Shown here piece by piece: positions 40,099 to 51,533 of a DNA stretch of 64,000 nucleotides. Origin of the DNA: Marsupella aquatica (lineage: Eukaryota; Plantae; Marchantiophyta); contig OZ316898.1 of assembly GCA_973895155.1 (NCBI GenBank), positions 8,357,079-8,421,078 of the forward strand, given 5' to 3'. The first letter of the stretch is position 1; the number at the start of each line of letters is the position of its first letter. Both the position numbers and the translations under genes were made by a program. A model generated the notes under the pieces. It was not told where the DNA came from, did no database searches, and worked only from the letters and a program-made list of their open reading frames with translations.

Positions 40099-43000
40099 TC
40101 ACTTGTACTTATCCATAATCCTTCGTGCCTCTTCCAAGGCATCATCAGTGCTCTTCGATTTATCAGAAGAACCATCCCCACCTTTACCAGATGAGCTATT
40201 GCTGTCACCCTTAGTTAAAAAGAAATACCCGGCGTAACTTAAAGCTCCAATTGCCTGTGACACATGACCATGAAACGTCCAAGATGTAGGATTGCAAATG
40301 AGAACCTTAACACCACCGGAAAAGTTTTTCTAGCAACCATATAGGAGCTCATGCCCTGATTGAGAAGCTGGGGTTTAAACTGAATGATACTAAAAGCAAT
40401 ATCAAAGTGCGCAAACCAGAGAATGAGTTTTCATTCCTTCAACCATCAGCCCACAGGTGGCTCAATCAGTGCTGTGCCAGGCTCAATCCGTAGAGCTACA
40501 AATTGTTATTTCGGAAGGAGAACCGAAACGGGGTTGTAAAGAGCACAATCTTTTAAGCCTCTTTGAAAGAATCGGCGACTAATCCACATCAGAAGATCAA
40601 CTCACCCCTTTAGGACCTAGAAAGAAAGGCATTTGCCCTAAATTACGGATCTTATCAGGAATCAGAGTTACCAAGGTCTGATGACAGGAAATGTCTACCA
40701 TCATAACAAGTTGAACTCTACTGCCCAACTGATCTTCCTGTGTCTTTCATACTATCTCCTCAGGAATATCAAACACTCCACAAAGGCCAAAAGTTGTTGT
40801 CACACTCTTAATGATTGAAGTACAAGAGGTGGTATGAGGAGCCTACAGTCGAGTATGTAACGGGTGGAGACATTGAAAAACAGATGAGTAGGGAATGAAA
40901 GAAGATGTGTACTACTTACTATTCAACTTGCGGCTCAAACGATGCGCAAGCTTAGGTAACAAAGCTTACCAGAATAAATGTGACCGTCGAAAACAGGGAC
41001 CTCAACAGAAACGATGCCAAAACTACACCAGCCAATCCAACCCCTGCCTGAGCCACAGGCCTCGGTACTGATTCCTGAAACATCAGAACCAAACAAATGA
41101 AGTCCACAGATCCCCAAGCAGAAGAAACGAAAGACGGAGGACAAATTGGTCGAATTTGATTTACAACAATGGGAAGATTCTACGGAATGCTATTTATTAG
41201 AATGAATTTACCGGCTTTCTCTGAGGATGTGACCATCGGCACTATTAAGTCTGCAGGATACCATTGATAGTAGATCCAAGTGGACTGAGTGTAACTAGTT
41301 GGCCGCAATTACGACACACATAAAAATAGCAGGACCGTAACGCGCATGGGGAGGGAATTCGCCTACCGGAACCAGTTTCGTCCCAGTTTCAAGACCTTGC
41401 TTCCCAAGCCTCAACAAAGTACCTGCAACTGCACGAAGAATACATGGCATGATCAGTCTCAGCTGTTAAAACCTGCAGAGAGAGACTCACCGTATGACTC
41501 ATACATACCTCCCAGTTACTCTGAGCACTAATTTTCTGTTTCAAAGAGAGAAAACGCATGGGAACGCACAGGTCAAAAAACGTCCATGCATATATCCCAA
41601 AGCACAAAAGTGAACGAACTATACATGGATCAAGGGTAATGAGTTTAGGAATCTCTCATTGCGATCGAGTTGGTAAGGAACATGTCGCACAGGGTTGATG
41701 TACTTCACAAACTTTACATCCTCAAAAACCAATTGATTCAAGGTTCTCTAGGGGACGTATTCCAATCTTCCAGATTTTCCAGTTTTTCAGATTCTTATTG
41801 AATCTTCCAAAACAGATTGGTGTATACTCAGTTTCCCAATTTTTCCTGATTTTCACTACTTCCATTTCTTGCTAAAATTCTCCAAGCACTCGAAAACAGT
41901 GGACGGAATAGACGTACTGTAGATCTTTTCCATCTTTCCCCCGGTCTCGGTTTCTTTGTTCCCATTTGAAGATTTCCTCTAGTTCATTTTCTTGTTGAAA
42001 AATCCTCCACGCACTTGAAAATGGTCGACGGTATTTCCGCACATGTTTTCCAACTTTCGCAGCTCCTCAGACTCTTGTCTACATTTACTTAGGGGGTCGT
42101 TGGCACGCAGGACGAGAGGGTTCGACCAACGCGAACTTGCTGCCATTCTAATTTCTCTAGAATAATTTCACAAAAATAAGTTGCGCCGATGAAATTGCCA
42201 CCAAATAGTACGAGAAAATTTGCTTCAACTGTGGTGTCCAGTGCACAGCTCAAGCTCAAAGAACATGCGCGACTCGAGCGCCTTAGATGTTCGAGAAAAT
42301 ATCAAGCATTGTCTCATTGAAAAATGAAAAAACACGTCTCGAGATTGAAGATCTGAATTACACGAACCGCCAAAGCCCTTGTCAAAGTCCAAGGCTTATG
42401 CCCGACACGCAGCGACTGGGAGAAAATGCTACCAATGAAGAGCAGAAACTCAAGGATGGTTCACATCAAGCATCTTGAGGCAGCACCCTTTCTGACATTC
42501 AATTAAATCTCCTATCCGCATGCTTCAAGTGCATCAGACCAATTTTTCTTGTTTTGCAGTCCTCCACGAGTAGGGACACAATGCGCATTTCTCTACAGAC
42601 ACACAAGCACGAGATGGGAAAAAAATTGGACCATAACAGAGGCACACTAAACTCCGTCGTTCACATTTTAACCCGTAACACCAGTTGATTTGGTAAATGG
42701 AGCTCACTCATCTCATCCACCATTGCAGCACCTGTACATGCGTTAGAGAGCCACGAGAGGAGAGGAGAGGAGAGGAGAGGAGAGGAGAGGAGGGGAGAAG
42801 AGAGGAGAGGAGATGCAGAGAGGTGCACTGACCGTTGGTAAGGTCTGGCTTCTCGGCAGCAATTCGAAGTGTTAGCCTGCGAGGAACAGGAGTAGCGGCC
42901 GAATTCCTCCTCCGCCCAGCAGAAGAAGCAGCTGACAATCCGCTCCAATTCAACTTCACGAATCCGCCCGAGCAGGCGCGCCATCCGAGGCTGAGGCGGC

Positions 43001-43355
43001 CAGCATCAGCATTGTGGCTGGAACGCCCACTCGACCTCGGTGTAGACAAGGAGCACGTAGTTACTGCCGCTGCCACACTGCTGCTGCTGAGGAGCCCACA
43101 GCAAGCGCCGCCATCTCGACCCGACGACGAGAGTCCAGAAGAATCAGAAGCAGAAGCAGACTCCCAAGAATGGGCTCTGCACGAGGAGCACGAAGAGGAG
43201 GAGAAATCCCACGCTGCTGCACCGCGACGCACAAAATTTGCTTTGCTCCCATGATGCTGCTCGACAGCGTGCTTGCTGCCACAGCGTGTTGCTGCTGTGG
43301 GCGGGTGCAGAGAGGCAGAGGGCGTCATCGGCGTGGCCACTGCAGCCATAGCCAT
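40099..43355 (-). CDS. Conserved uncharacterised chloroplast membrane protein (long Ser-rich transit peptide, hydrophobic TM region, C-terminal LEEARRIMDKYK)
   Basis: Exons 43355-42833, 41422-41367 (TLLRLGKQGLETGTKLVP), 41074-40970 (ESVPRPVAQAGVGLAG..LLRSLFSTVTFIL), 40254-40099 (AIGALSY..DDALEEARRIMDKYK*). Phases are consistent and the motifs match a recalled plant family. A microexon may be missing after exon 1. Confidence 0.85.
42756..42812. repeat. (GAGAG)n microsatellite in intron 1
   Basis: About 11 pentamer units. Confidence 0.95.
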
Positions 43356-43792
43356 ATTTGTCTACACTGCTATATTTCTTCTCTGCTTTCGTTTCGCTTC
43401 GTTTGTTGGAAGATTGCCACTGGATTCTGATTGAGGCGAGAGGATGCTTGTGACTTTTTTCAGATGGCGAATCGTTACGGCTTTACGGGAAACCCGGAAC
43501 TCACGTTACGGACTCCAGGCACACATTCATGATGTACAGTACTGTAGTTAACACAGCTACTCGCAACTAAGCGAACCCAGAGACATGATCCCACATGCCA
43601 AAAACCCAATCAAGGGTGAACAAAAGGACCAGGCACTAACCTAGTCAAGGGTGAACAAAAGGGGGCAGGCACTAGCCTAGCGCAACCCAAGGAGAACAAA
43701 ATACATACAAACCCCAGTTTGAACTGAAGGACACGTTGTCGTGTTGTCTGACACGACAACTTGTCATTTGTCGGCTCCAAAAGGGGGTCAAA

Positions 43793-43988
43793 TGTTGTAT
43801 ATTTGCCTATATTCCCCAGCTGGTTGACCCTGAACTCTCCCGAACCCCTCCCGGCCCAGTCCAGAAGTCTCCCAAACCCCTCCTGGTCCGGTCCCGGACT
43901 CCCCCGGATTAGCGAGCCGGCCCCCCGGTTCGGGGTTGGTGCGGGTTGTGGGCCGGTCAGGGCCGGGGCCGGGACGACCGGGTGTGAC
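43793..43988 (+). mobile_element. Possible short GC-rich LTR remnant with upstream PPT
   Basis: AAAAGGGGG just before TGTTGTAT...GGGTGTGACA. No partner LTR or TSD found. Confidence 0.3.
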
Positions 43989-45172
43989 ACATGTTGGATG
44001 TCGGGGTCCAGAATCCTCATTTGTTGGACAAGTCCAAACTGGGATACAAACCGAAACTCTACCTATCAGCAAATTGAAGAGCCTGGTAAGGTAAAGCTCA
44101 CGCGTAAACTGCATAGGAGAGTCAAGCAAGGGAATCTGACTAGATGCCCTAATTCCAACCGCCTCTCCTTGACGACAAAAGAGGGAGACAGTAGTCCAAT
44201 GCTCATGCATTGCAAGTGAAGACTATTGAGCTAGGATTGTTGGGACTACTAAGGACAAGCAGAATCTCAAGGGCTGCTAGTAAGAACTATTCAAGTTGAT
44301 GGGGGTCAAGTAGTATCCTCCATTTGAGCATAACTCAAAAAGAATAATAATTCAGCTTATCATGAATTAAATGCACCAGAAAAGTGATCATTAGTAAGTG
44401 ATTCGGACTGCTTACACGGGAAGGGCTATTAGTAGAAATCAATGTCTATCTGAGTGATTGAGGGGGTTTAGGAAAAGGACTATGGCAACTCAAGTATTCC
44501 TACAATTTAGAGCATGTCTTATTTTTGAAAGGGGTTTATCTCAATGAGATGGACCTGAGAAAGAGTGTCATTATTTAAGACATTGCTATGTGGCGCATCT
44601 CTGTTTCAGTCTTATTAGTCCATTTTTTAATTATTTACATTTTATTTGGCCTATGAGGGTTGTCTTTTTTGTTATTCCATCAGTTTTGAATTTATCTGAG
44701 ACCCATTATATGTTTTTGTTATTTCAAAATCCTGTGTTTTCCAATTTTGCTGTTGTCCTCCTTTCCACTTAAGGGGTTCCATTAAATCTGCCCTCAGTTT
44801 GCCGTAGATAACTGAGCCCTTTCCTCCTTTCCGGTCATTGGCTTGTCATGAACACGATTGTTCCAGTGAGATGTACTCAAATTCATTTTCGCCCATGTTT
44901 CAACGATTAGAGGGGTTTTGACTGTAGGAAACTTTTAGAACATTATTCTAGAGTGCTTCGAAAGCTTGATGAGTTGCTGTAGCGATTCCATTCCACGATG
45001 CAGAGGCCGCGCGGAGCCAATTGTGTGTGTGTATGTATGCGAGCTCCGCTAAAGCAAAGTTGATTGTTTCGAGTAGGTTGAAAGTTGGGCTTGTACTCGA
45101 CGATTCGCTGCTTTGTGAAGTTGACAGATTGCACATGAGTAGAATTGGCGTGAGTACAGTCCATCTTTCGAA

Positions 45173-45227
45173 GCAGAGGATGTAACGTCTGACGCAGAGG
45201 ATGTAACGTCTGACGCAGAGGATGTAA
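45173..45227. repeat. 21-bp tandem repeat (~2.6 copies)
   Basis: GCAGAGGATGTAACGTCTGAC repeated. Confidence 0.9.
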
Positions 45228-46592
45228 GGAAGCTTGTGAACTTTCTCAACCACTGCATTCGGGTTCCACATACTTCTAGCCACCTCAAACCTCCTTGTAC
45301 CGCTTGTGGTTTTCAGTATGAATCGCTGACACTAACTAGCTCTAAATAAGACCGGAACGTATCCTTCAGAACAACAATAACAACAATGCGATCAATGAGG
45401 TTGGGCAGTACCCAAGCTGGGATTTTGAAATCCTATCTCTCTTTCGCTTCAAAAGATTGAAGAGAGCAGAAACCAACACAATACATTTTTAACACAAAAA
45501 CTCAAATGGATACCTCAAATCTTTGTCAACCAATTGGCCAAGAGCAGAAAGCACACATTGAAAATGCCAAATTGATGGTTTCTAATAATCGAGTGTGATG
45601 GAATGGTCTGCACATCCCGAAACATAGCTAGTCGCACTCCTACTTAGAAGGCTGCAAAGGATTGGTAACGAATTGGTGAAACACTGTCCTTTACTGTCTG
45701 CAAATACGAGGTAGGAAAAACACGAACGTCCCTGTGTATTCGCCAAATGACTCTGAACAGCCCATCGAATTAAGCCAACTATTATTTATAGAAGAAAAAT
45801 GTAGATTGCAGGCCCAAGTGAAAAGTATCCCGAGAGGCAAACGTCAGGCTCATCTTAATAGTGGCAGCTGTGGTTCAACGATGAGCCAGCTATAAACTAG
45901 AATCTCAGCAAAACCCGGAGACATCCTTCTCTTTTCACCGTTGCTCCAATTATAATTGTTGAATCCCATGTTACATTCGTACAATCCAATTGGGCCTCTT
46001 TGAAATATAGAACATCTTGAGCCCATATAAGAAATTTCTCGAGAGCTTTTGTACAATGATCTATAGAGCAACCCAGTAATTGGTTTGCAATTGACCAATC
46101 ATGACTGGGAATTGCAACCCAGAAAAAGTTTTCTTACAGATTTTCCCCTTTGAATCTTTGAACCAAGTGGACGAAGGGGCAGCACACTGAAAATGGAGGT
46201 TGATCGAAAGAGGGATAGATGCACACAACGAAACGAGACCGAGAGCCTAAAACCTCCTCTTTGAATCCGGAAACCCAAATTCTTGGGAGCAATCCAAGTT
46301 CTAATCTAAAATGAGGGCAAAAGGTTGCCAAAGAGTCTAAATTTCAAAACATGTAGGATCCTTCAAACATACTACACAGTGGAAATCATCGTGTGAAGAT
46401 CACTAGAGCATGCATCTACGTGAATCACACTGCAAAAATCAGAACACTTTGCGCTGAATCGGTTGTTTCCACTCAAGAAAAATGACACCATGTTTCAATG
46501 TCGACAAGGAACTCGTCCAGCAGGCGACGAAGCCTTCAAGGCTCCCACTAATATGATTAGCGAATAATGTGATGCAAATTAAACATCTAGCT

Positions 46593-47900
46593 TTACCAGT
46601 TGGAATTACAAGAGTTCATTATTTGACGCAAATCCTTTCCTTCCAGAGCCAAGGCCCTTTCAGGTGCTTGGAGTCTTAGCTCATACAGGCGATTGTTTTC
46701 CACAGCCAGAGTGGAGAGATAACGCCTGCTCCTCCAGTTTTGCCGCACGATCCGTTGGCATCACAGCCAGCTCCTTGGTACTGGCATATGTCGTCACGTC
46801 CACCTATATCAATAGTGATAACATGTCAACTTACTGCAACAAATTAATTTTGCTACAATCTACAGGCCGAGCTCTGACAATTCATGACCACCTCGAGGAT
46901 TGTTGCTATGACAACATCAAGTTTGTTAGCTATGCAAATGGCTAACGCCGCTAGATTGCTTACCTGCCATCCTCTGCTATGGTAGAACTGACGAGTTTCT
47001 AGCCAAATACCTTATGCAAACACTTGATCCCGTCACAAATAGAATGGGGAACAGAATCTCACACCCAGGAGTGCAAGTATTGATATGTCACTCATTCACT
47101 GTACGCTTCCTAAGAATTACCAATAGGTTACAATTTAAAACAGAATCAGAGAAACAAATGGACTATGCACTAGACAATTTGGTGAGACTATTTCACGCTT
47201 AATTCACCAATTCTTGTTTTCAAAACTCTCCTACCCAACAACTAGAATGGATACTTCCGAAGAATCATATTGATTTGACGAGCTAAGGTCCCAAAGGCGA
47301 AGGCAAAGATCATTTACAAGATGGGAAAGGCGACGGATAATGGAGCAAAGGAACATGGGATAGATTAGGGGTTACAGGGCCGTAGCCTTCTCACTCCTGC
47401 CCACTTCAAAAGACGAAATTCCTCTCAATCTCTGGTCTAAAGTGTTGATTTGGTTGCAAATGAAAGAAGATAAAGTTTTGTACCTCTACGCCGTAGTAGA
47501 GCCATCATCGCCAATCCTAGAATTGGCAGAAACGACCTTCGACTCTCTTCGTACCCCAAGCCAGTAGACGTAAATTCTGCAAATTTCTTGCTTCAGAACC
47601 TTTTGAGCCAGTCGTTCTGGAGTTCCAAGATCTTCCACACTCTTGTACGGAGGCGAGGAAGGCGAGCTGACGTCACAACAACATTTTCGTCCAGATTGAG
47701 GGGGTCTCGGAAGAAGACATCTGCGCCAGCTCCTCTCACTTGGATCCAACCTGAAGGATAGCTAAAAATATATCCGTCCAGCCTATCAACTTATTCTCTG
47801 TAATTTGAGGCGCCTAGATCGGTGGCTAGAGCTGCCCATTGATTGAGAAGGTGCACGACAGAGTACAACCTTTCGGATATCATCCCCTCTCTGCTGCTCT
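46593..47900 (-). pseudogene. PPD1: PsbP-domain protein 1 (PPD1) unprocessed pseudogene
   Basis: Exon remnant ending ..YPK|(47870). Exon 47750-47484 WIQVRGAGADVFFRDPLNLDENV / DVSSPSSPPYKSVEDLGTPE..KVLKQ / AEFTST / LGVRRES..DDG / YYGVE. Exon 46803-~46593 VDVTTYASTKELAVMPTDR..LE / SRRYLSTLAVENNRLYELRLQAPE. At least 5 frameshifts; GT-AG introns retained. The 5' part may extend to ~48365. Confidence 0.88.
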
Positions 47901-48755
47901 GCTCTCAATCTTAGTCTACAGGACCTTTGGAGCAATTTCCAGTGGCTGACGGCCCAATAATTGCTTGGAGGACCGGGATTTCATCAATTGCACCGTCGTC
48001 TTGGCCTCCATGGCTGTCCCAGAGTGCCAGGTCAAGGTCTAGAACGTCTATCCTGAAAACAAAGTTTACAATGTAGAAATAGCTCGACAGAAAGCTCAGG
48101 GAACATGGGCAGGCATCCACTCAACAATCAAAAGCGCGTTTCCAAAATAAGCACAAAAGAAAGCTTCACTATCAAAGAGGTCCTCGCCGACGTTTTTTCT
48201 ACTCGGGACATGACATGTATATCCATTCCGATCTGCACAGCGCGTGAAGTGGTGGCCGGTGCCGGTAAGCTGCCGCGCTATTTCTTTCCAGGAAGGCCTT
48301 TTCCCGCTCCCGAATTCTTTCGCGTGTGCGGGGGCAGATCTGGCCCGGCCAGAGCTGGACCGCATCGGGCCAAGCTTAACTCACAATTGTGACAGAGTTT
48401 GGAGCACCATTTCTGGTTCATCAGTCAGTTGGACTCCAGATTATTTTGATTACTGAGGACCTCGGCCTGTCCCTCGCATCACAACACCAAGAGATGAAGA
48501 GAAACTCTGTCATCAGCTATGGCTCTGGCACTTCTTTTTCTTCGTCTTCCTCTTCTGACGAGCTTGTGTACCGGAAACGCGAAACTCTGTCAACGACTAG
48601 CTATGGCTCTGGCTCTGGCTCTTCTTTTCGCTGCCGGGTCTACTCCAGTCGCAGCAATAGTAAAATAATGGCACAGGCCTCTTGGTTTGTGCCATGAAGG
48701 CTTTCCAAAAGGACAGAAGGAGAACGCGGTCGGTGACGGCATGCAGCGGATTTTT

Positions 48756-48988
48756 CCACGAGGCTTCTTCTGCTTCGTGTCTTCTTTTGAGACAGATGCC
48801 CAACAAACGAAAGTGTATGGAAAGGGGATTTTGCCACTAGGCTTCTTACTCTTCTTTATGTCTTCTTTTGAAACAGATGCCAGACAAACGAAAATGTATG
48901 GAAGAAGGATTGTTCCACGAGGCTTCTTCTGCTTCGTGACTTCTTTTCAGACAGATGCACAACAAACTAAAGTGTATGGAAGGAGGCA
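48756..48988 (+). repeat. Three tandem units of 78-81 bp
   Basis: CCAC.AGGCTTCTT...TCTTCTTTTGA.ACAGATGC...ACAAAC.AAA.TGTATGGAA x3. Confidence 0.9.
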
Positions 48989-50222
48989 AATTCACCTGGC
49001 TTCTCCCCCCCACTTCTTCTCCCCCCACTTGGTGTACCGGTTTCCACCTCGGCTCCACAGGTTTTTCTTTACCGTCCATGGAAGGGGTTGCAGCTGCTCT
49101 AGTTACTACCATCTTTCTCACTTGAAGTCAGCTTTCGTGGCCATCACTCTTCTCACTATCCCAGTTATTCAGCAGGTAGTACGTGTTGCTGCACTCCGCT
49201 GGTGAGGATTTTGTGGACCACGAATCCTATATAATCAAATTGATACTATATTCGCCGTGGCATATGCCGGCGTCATCTGATCAAAATACTCAGGGCCTGA
49301 AATGTCACGCTGTTTTTCAGAATCCAAGTTTGATTTTCATATTCAATTCCATTCCTCTCCGTTGATGTCGACCTGACTAAGTTTCCAAGTTGATTAGAGA
49401 GGCCTGCCGTTTCAAAGTACATCCAGTCTTGACTCTTTTCATGGGCTCTCATCGGAAATTAGAATGGAGACGTGGACGACGAAGAAGGACGTAACCAACG
49501 CGCAGTACTGCACCTCTGTGTTTCGATAAGAGCGACCTCGGATCTCTGCTTCACTGGAAGCTCAGTTCGTTCAGTGTTAGTGGGAGGAGCACCATGCGAT
49601 TGCTCTCTCCTCTATGTTGTTGCCAGCTGGGCTTGGGTGAACGGATGATACATGATTTTGGTGCGCTGAGAGTCGACAAGGAGGAAATTGGTGTTTCAAA
49701 TCAAGGTACAGTTCAGGCTGTGATTCACTTGTTGACTCCAAATCGTCGGGTGTCAATCAGGAATCAAGCTAGCAGGCATAGCTTTATATTCTGAAATAAT
49801 TGCGAATTATCGAAGTCTGGGGATGGAGCAGCTGCTTGAACAATTGCCATTTGTCTTGAAATAGGAAAATATCGTTTTTTCGAGTGACCATGAAGAATTG
49901 TGAAATTTGTGAGCTGAGGATTGGAAGAAGCAGAGGTGGGTACTCTGATCTGGGTCTGGGTCTGGGTCTGGGTCTGGAACCGGAGACAGCCAAGCTAGTT
50001 TGAAACACACTTCGATAAGGTAGGAAACATCATGATGCTTGGGGCCGGGGCAAGTTCGAGGGACTGTTGTTGAAGCTGGAGAACGGAAGGTTTCACTCTG
50101 GAAATCTGCTAGATAAGAGGGTACAGGGTTGATCGATTGATATGGTTTTCTCTTGAAAATCTTGCTCTCGTGTTTGACAAGTGATGCTTCATACTTAAGT
50201 GTGGGAGAACAATTTCACAACC

Positions 50223-51533
50223 ATGGTTGCCAGGTTATTACTGGCTGAAGAGGTGGGCGATGCAGTCATCAAAGACGCCGCCGGAGCTCCTGAAACATTT
50301 TTCCCCGGCATCAATCGGGGTGCGTCTCTGGCAGTGGGTGCGGTGGTTGGAATCATTGTGGGTGCTTTAGGGGCTGCAGTTCTCGCCTTTTTCGTGGTTT
50401 GGTGGATCCAGAGAAGGCTCAAATCCGATTCTCCAGATGATGAGAATTTCTTGGAAAATTTAGCTGGTTTACCCCCACGATTCTCTTACAAGGCCTTGCA
50501 ACTTGCTACCAACAACTTTGGGAAGACTCTGGGAGGGGGTGGCTACGCGACAGTATACGAGGGTACACTTCCAAATGGGGTCAAGATTGCTGTCAAAAAG
50601 TTGAACAGGCAGATAGGAAGCCAAGATTTCCGTGCCGAAGTGGCCACAGTGGGTGGCATTCATCACTTCAATCTGGTCCGGCTGCTCGGATTTTGCGCCC
50701 AGGGGGCACACAGGTTGCTGGTTTATGAATTCATGGCCAATGGGTCGCTTGACACATGGATTTTCCCCAGAGACGCTGCTGATGAAAATGGGTCGAACAA
50801 AATACTTCGTTGGAGTGAGAGGTTCAACATAGCTCTGGAGACTGCCAGAGGGCTTGCTTATCTACATGATGAATGTGACAAACGAATCATTCACTTTGAT
50901 GTGAAACCGTCCAACTTGCTGCTCGATGAGAACCTGCATGCCAAGGTGGCCGATTTCGGGCTCTCCAAAATCTACGAGAGGGATGTTGGCTCGGAAGTGA
51001 TGGTCACAACTGTGCGGGGAACGCCTGGATATGTTGCCCCAGAGTGGCTCCTGGGAATGGCTATCACTGAGAAGGGCGATGTTTACAGCTATGGATTGGT
51101 TTTGTTCGAGCTCATGGGCGGGAGGAAGAATGCAGATCCTACAGATAAAACAGGGGATGGATATTTCCCGGCAACCTGCCTTCGGGAAGTGACAGAACGA
51201 GGTTTTGTGGGTACGTCTTTGAGTGTACTCTTAGATCCCAGGCTTAATGGTAGCTTTGATGAAGAGCAGGCGAAGAGGACGCTGAAGGTGGCATTTTGGT
51301 GTATTCAAGAAGCACCTGAGGACAGACCCAACATGCGGGAAGTTGTCTTAATGCTGGACGGAAAGTTGCAGATTTTGGACCCGCCTTCTGTAAGATTTGC
51401 GGGTTTGAACAAAAGAATCCAAAGCATGGAAAGAGAAAAGTTGCGACGGCTGGCTTTTGGGGAGACTACCATCACAGGAGAACAATGCTCTCCATCTTTT
51501 ATCGCCACTCAGACTGTGGTAAATCCGAGATAA
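50223..51533 (+). CDS. Receptor-like Ser/Thr kinase, SD-2 (SD2-5)-like, non-RD, minimal ectodomain
   Basis: First ATG at 50223. TM LAVGAVVGIIVGALGAAVLAFFVVWWI; juxtamembrane FLENLAGLPPRFSY; kinase motifs GGGGYATVY, IAVKK, HFDVKPSN, DFG, GTPGYVAPEW. Uninterrupted 436-codon frame. Confidence 0.93.
   Translation: MVARLLLAEEVGDAVIKDAAGAPETFFPGINRGASLAVGAVVGIIVGALGAAVLAFFVVWWIQRRLKSDSPDDENFLENLAGLPPRFSYKALQLATNNFGKTLGGGGYATVYEGTLPNGVKIAVKKLNRQIGSQDFRAEVATVGGIHHFNLVRLLGFCAQGAHRLLVYEFMANGSLDTWIFPRDAADENGSNKILRWSERFNIALETARGLAYLHDECDKRIIHFDVKPSNLLLDENLHAKVADFGLSKIYERDVGSEVMVTTVRGTPGYVAPEWLLGMAITEKGDVYSYGLVLFELMGGRKNADPTDKTGDGYFPATCLREVTERGFVGTSLSVLLDPRLNGSFDEEQAKRTLKVAFWCIQEAPEDRPNMREVVLMLDGKLQILDPPSVRFAGLNKRIQSMEREKLRRLAFGETTITGEQCSPSFIATQTVVNPR

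Noticed and set aside
43610-44219. Three overlapping 136-152 aa Pro/Gly-rich ORFs
   Set aside because: Stop-poor GC-rich repeat remnant, not protein-like.
18916-47900. Functional photosynthesis gene cluster (RCA, chloroplast membrane protein, PPD1)
   Set aside because: Chloroplast-targeted genes are common, one of the three is a pseudogene, and they are separated by TE-rich DNA; co-location is consistent with chance.
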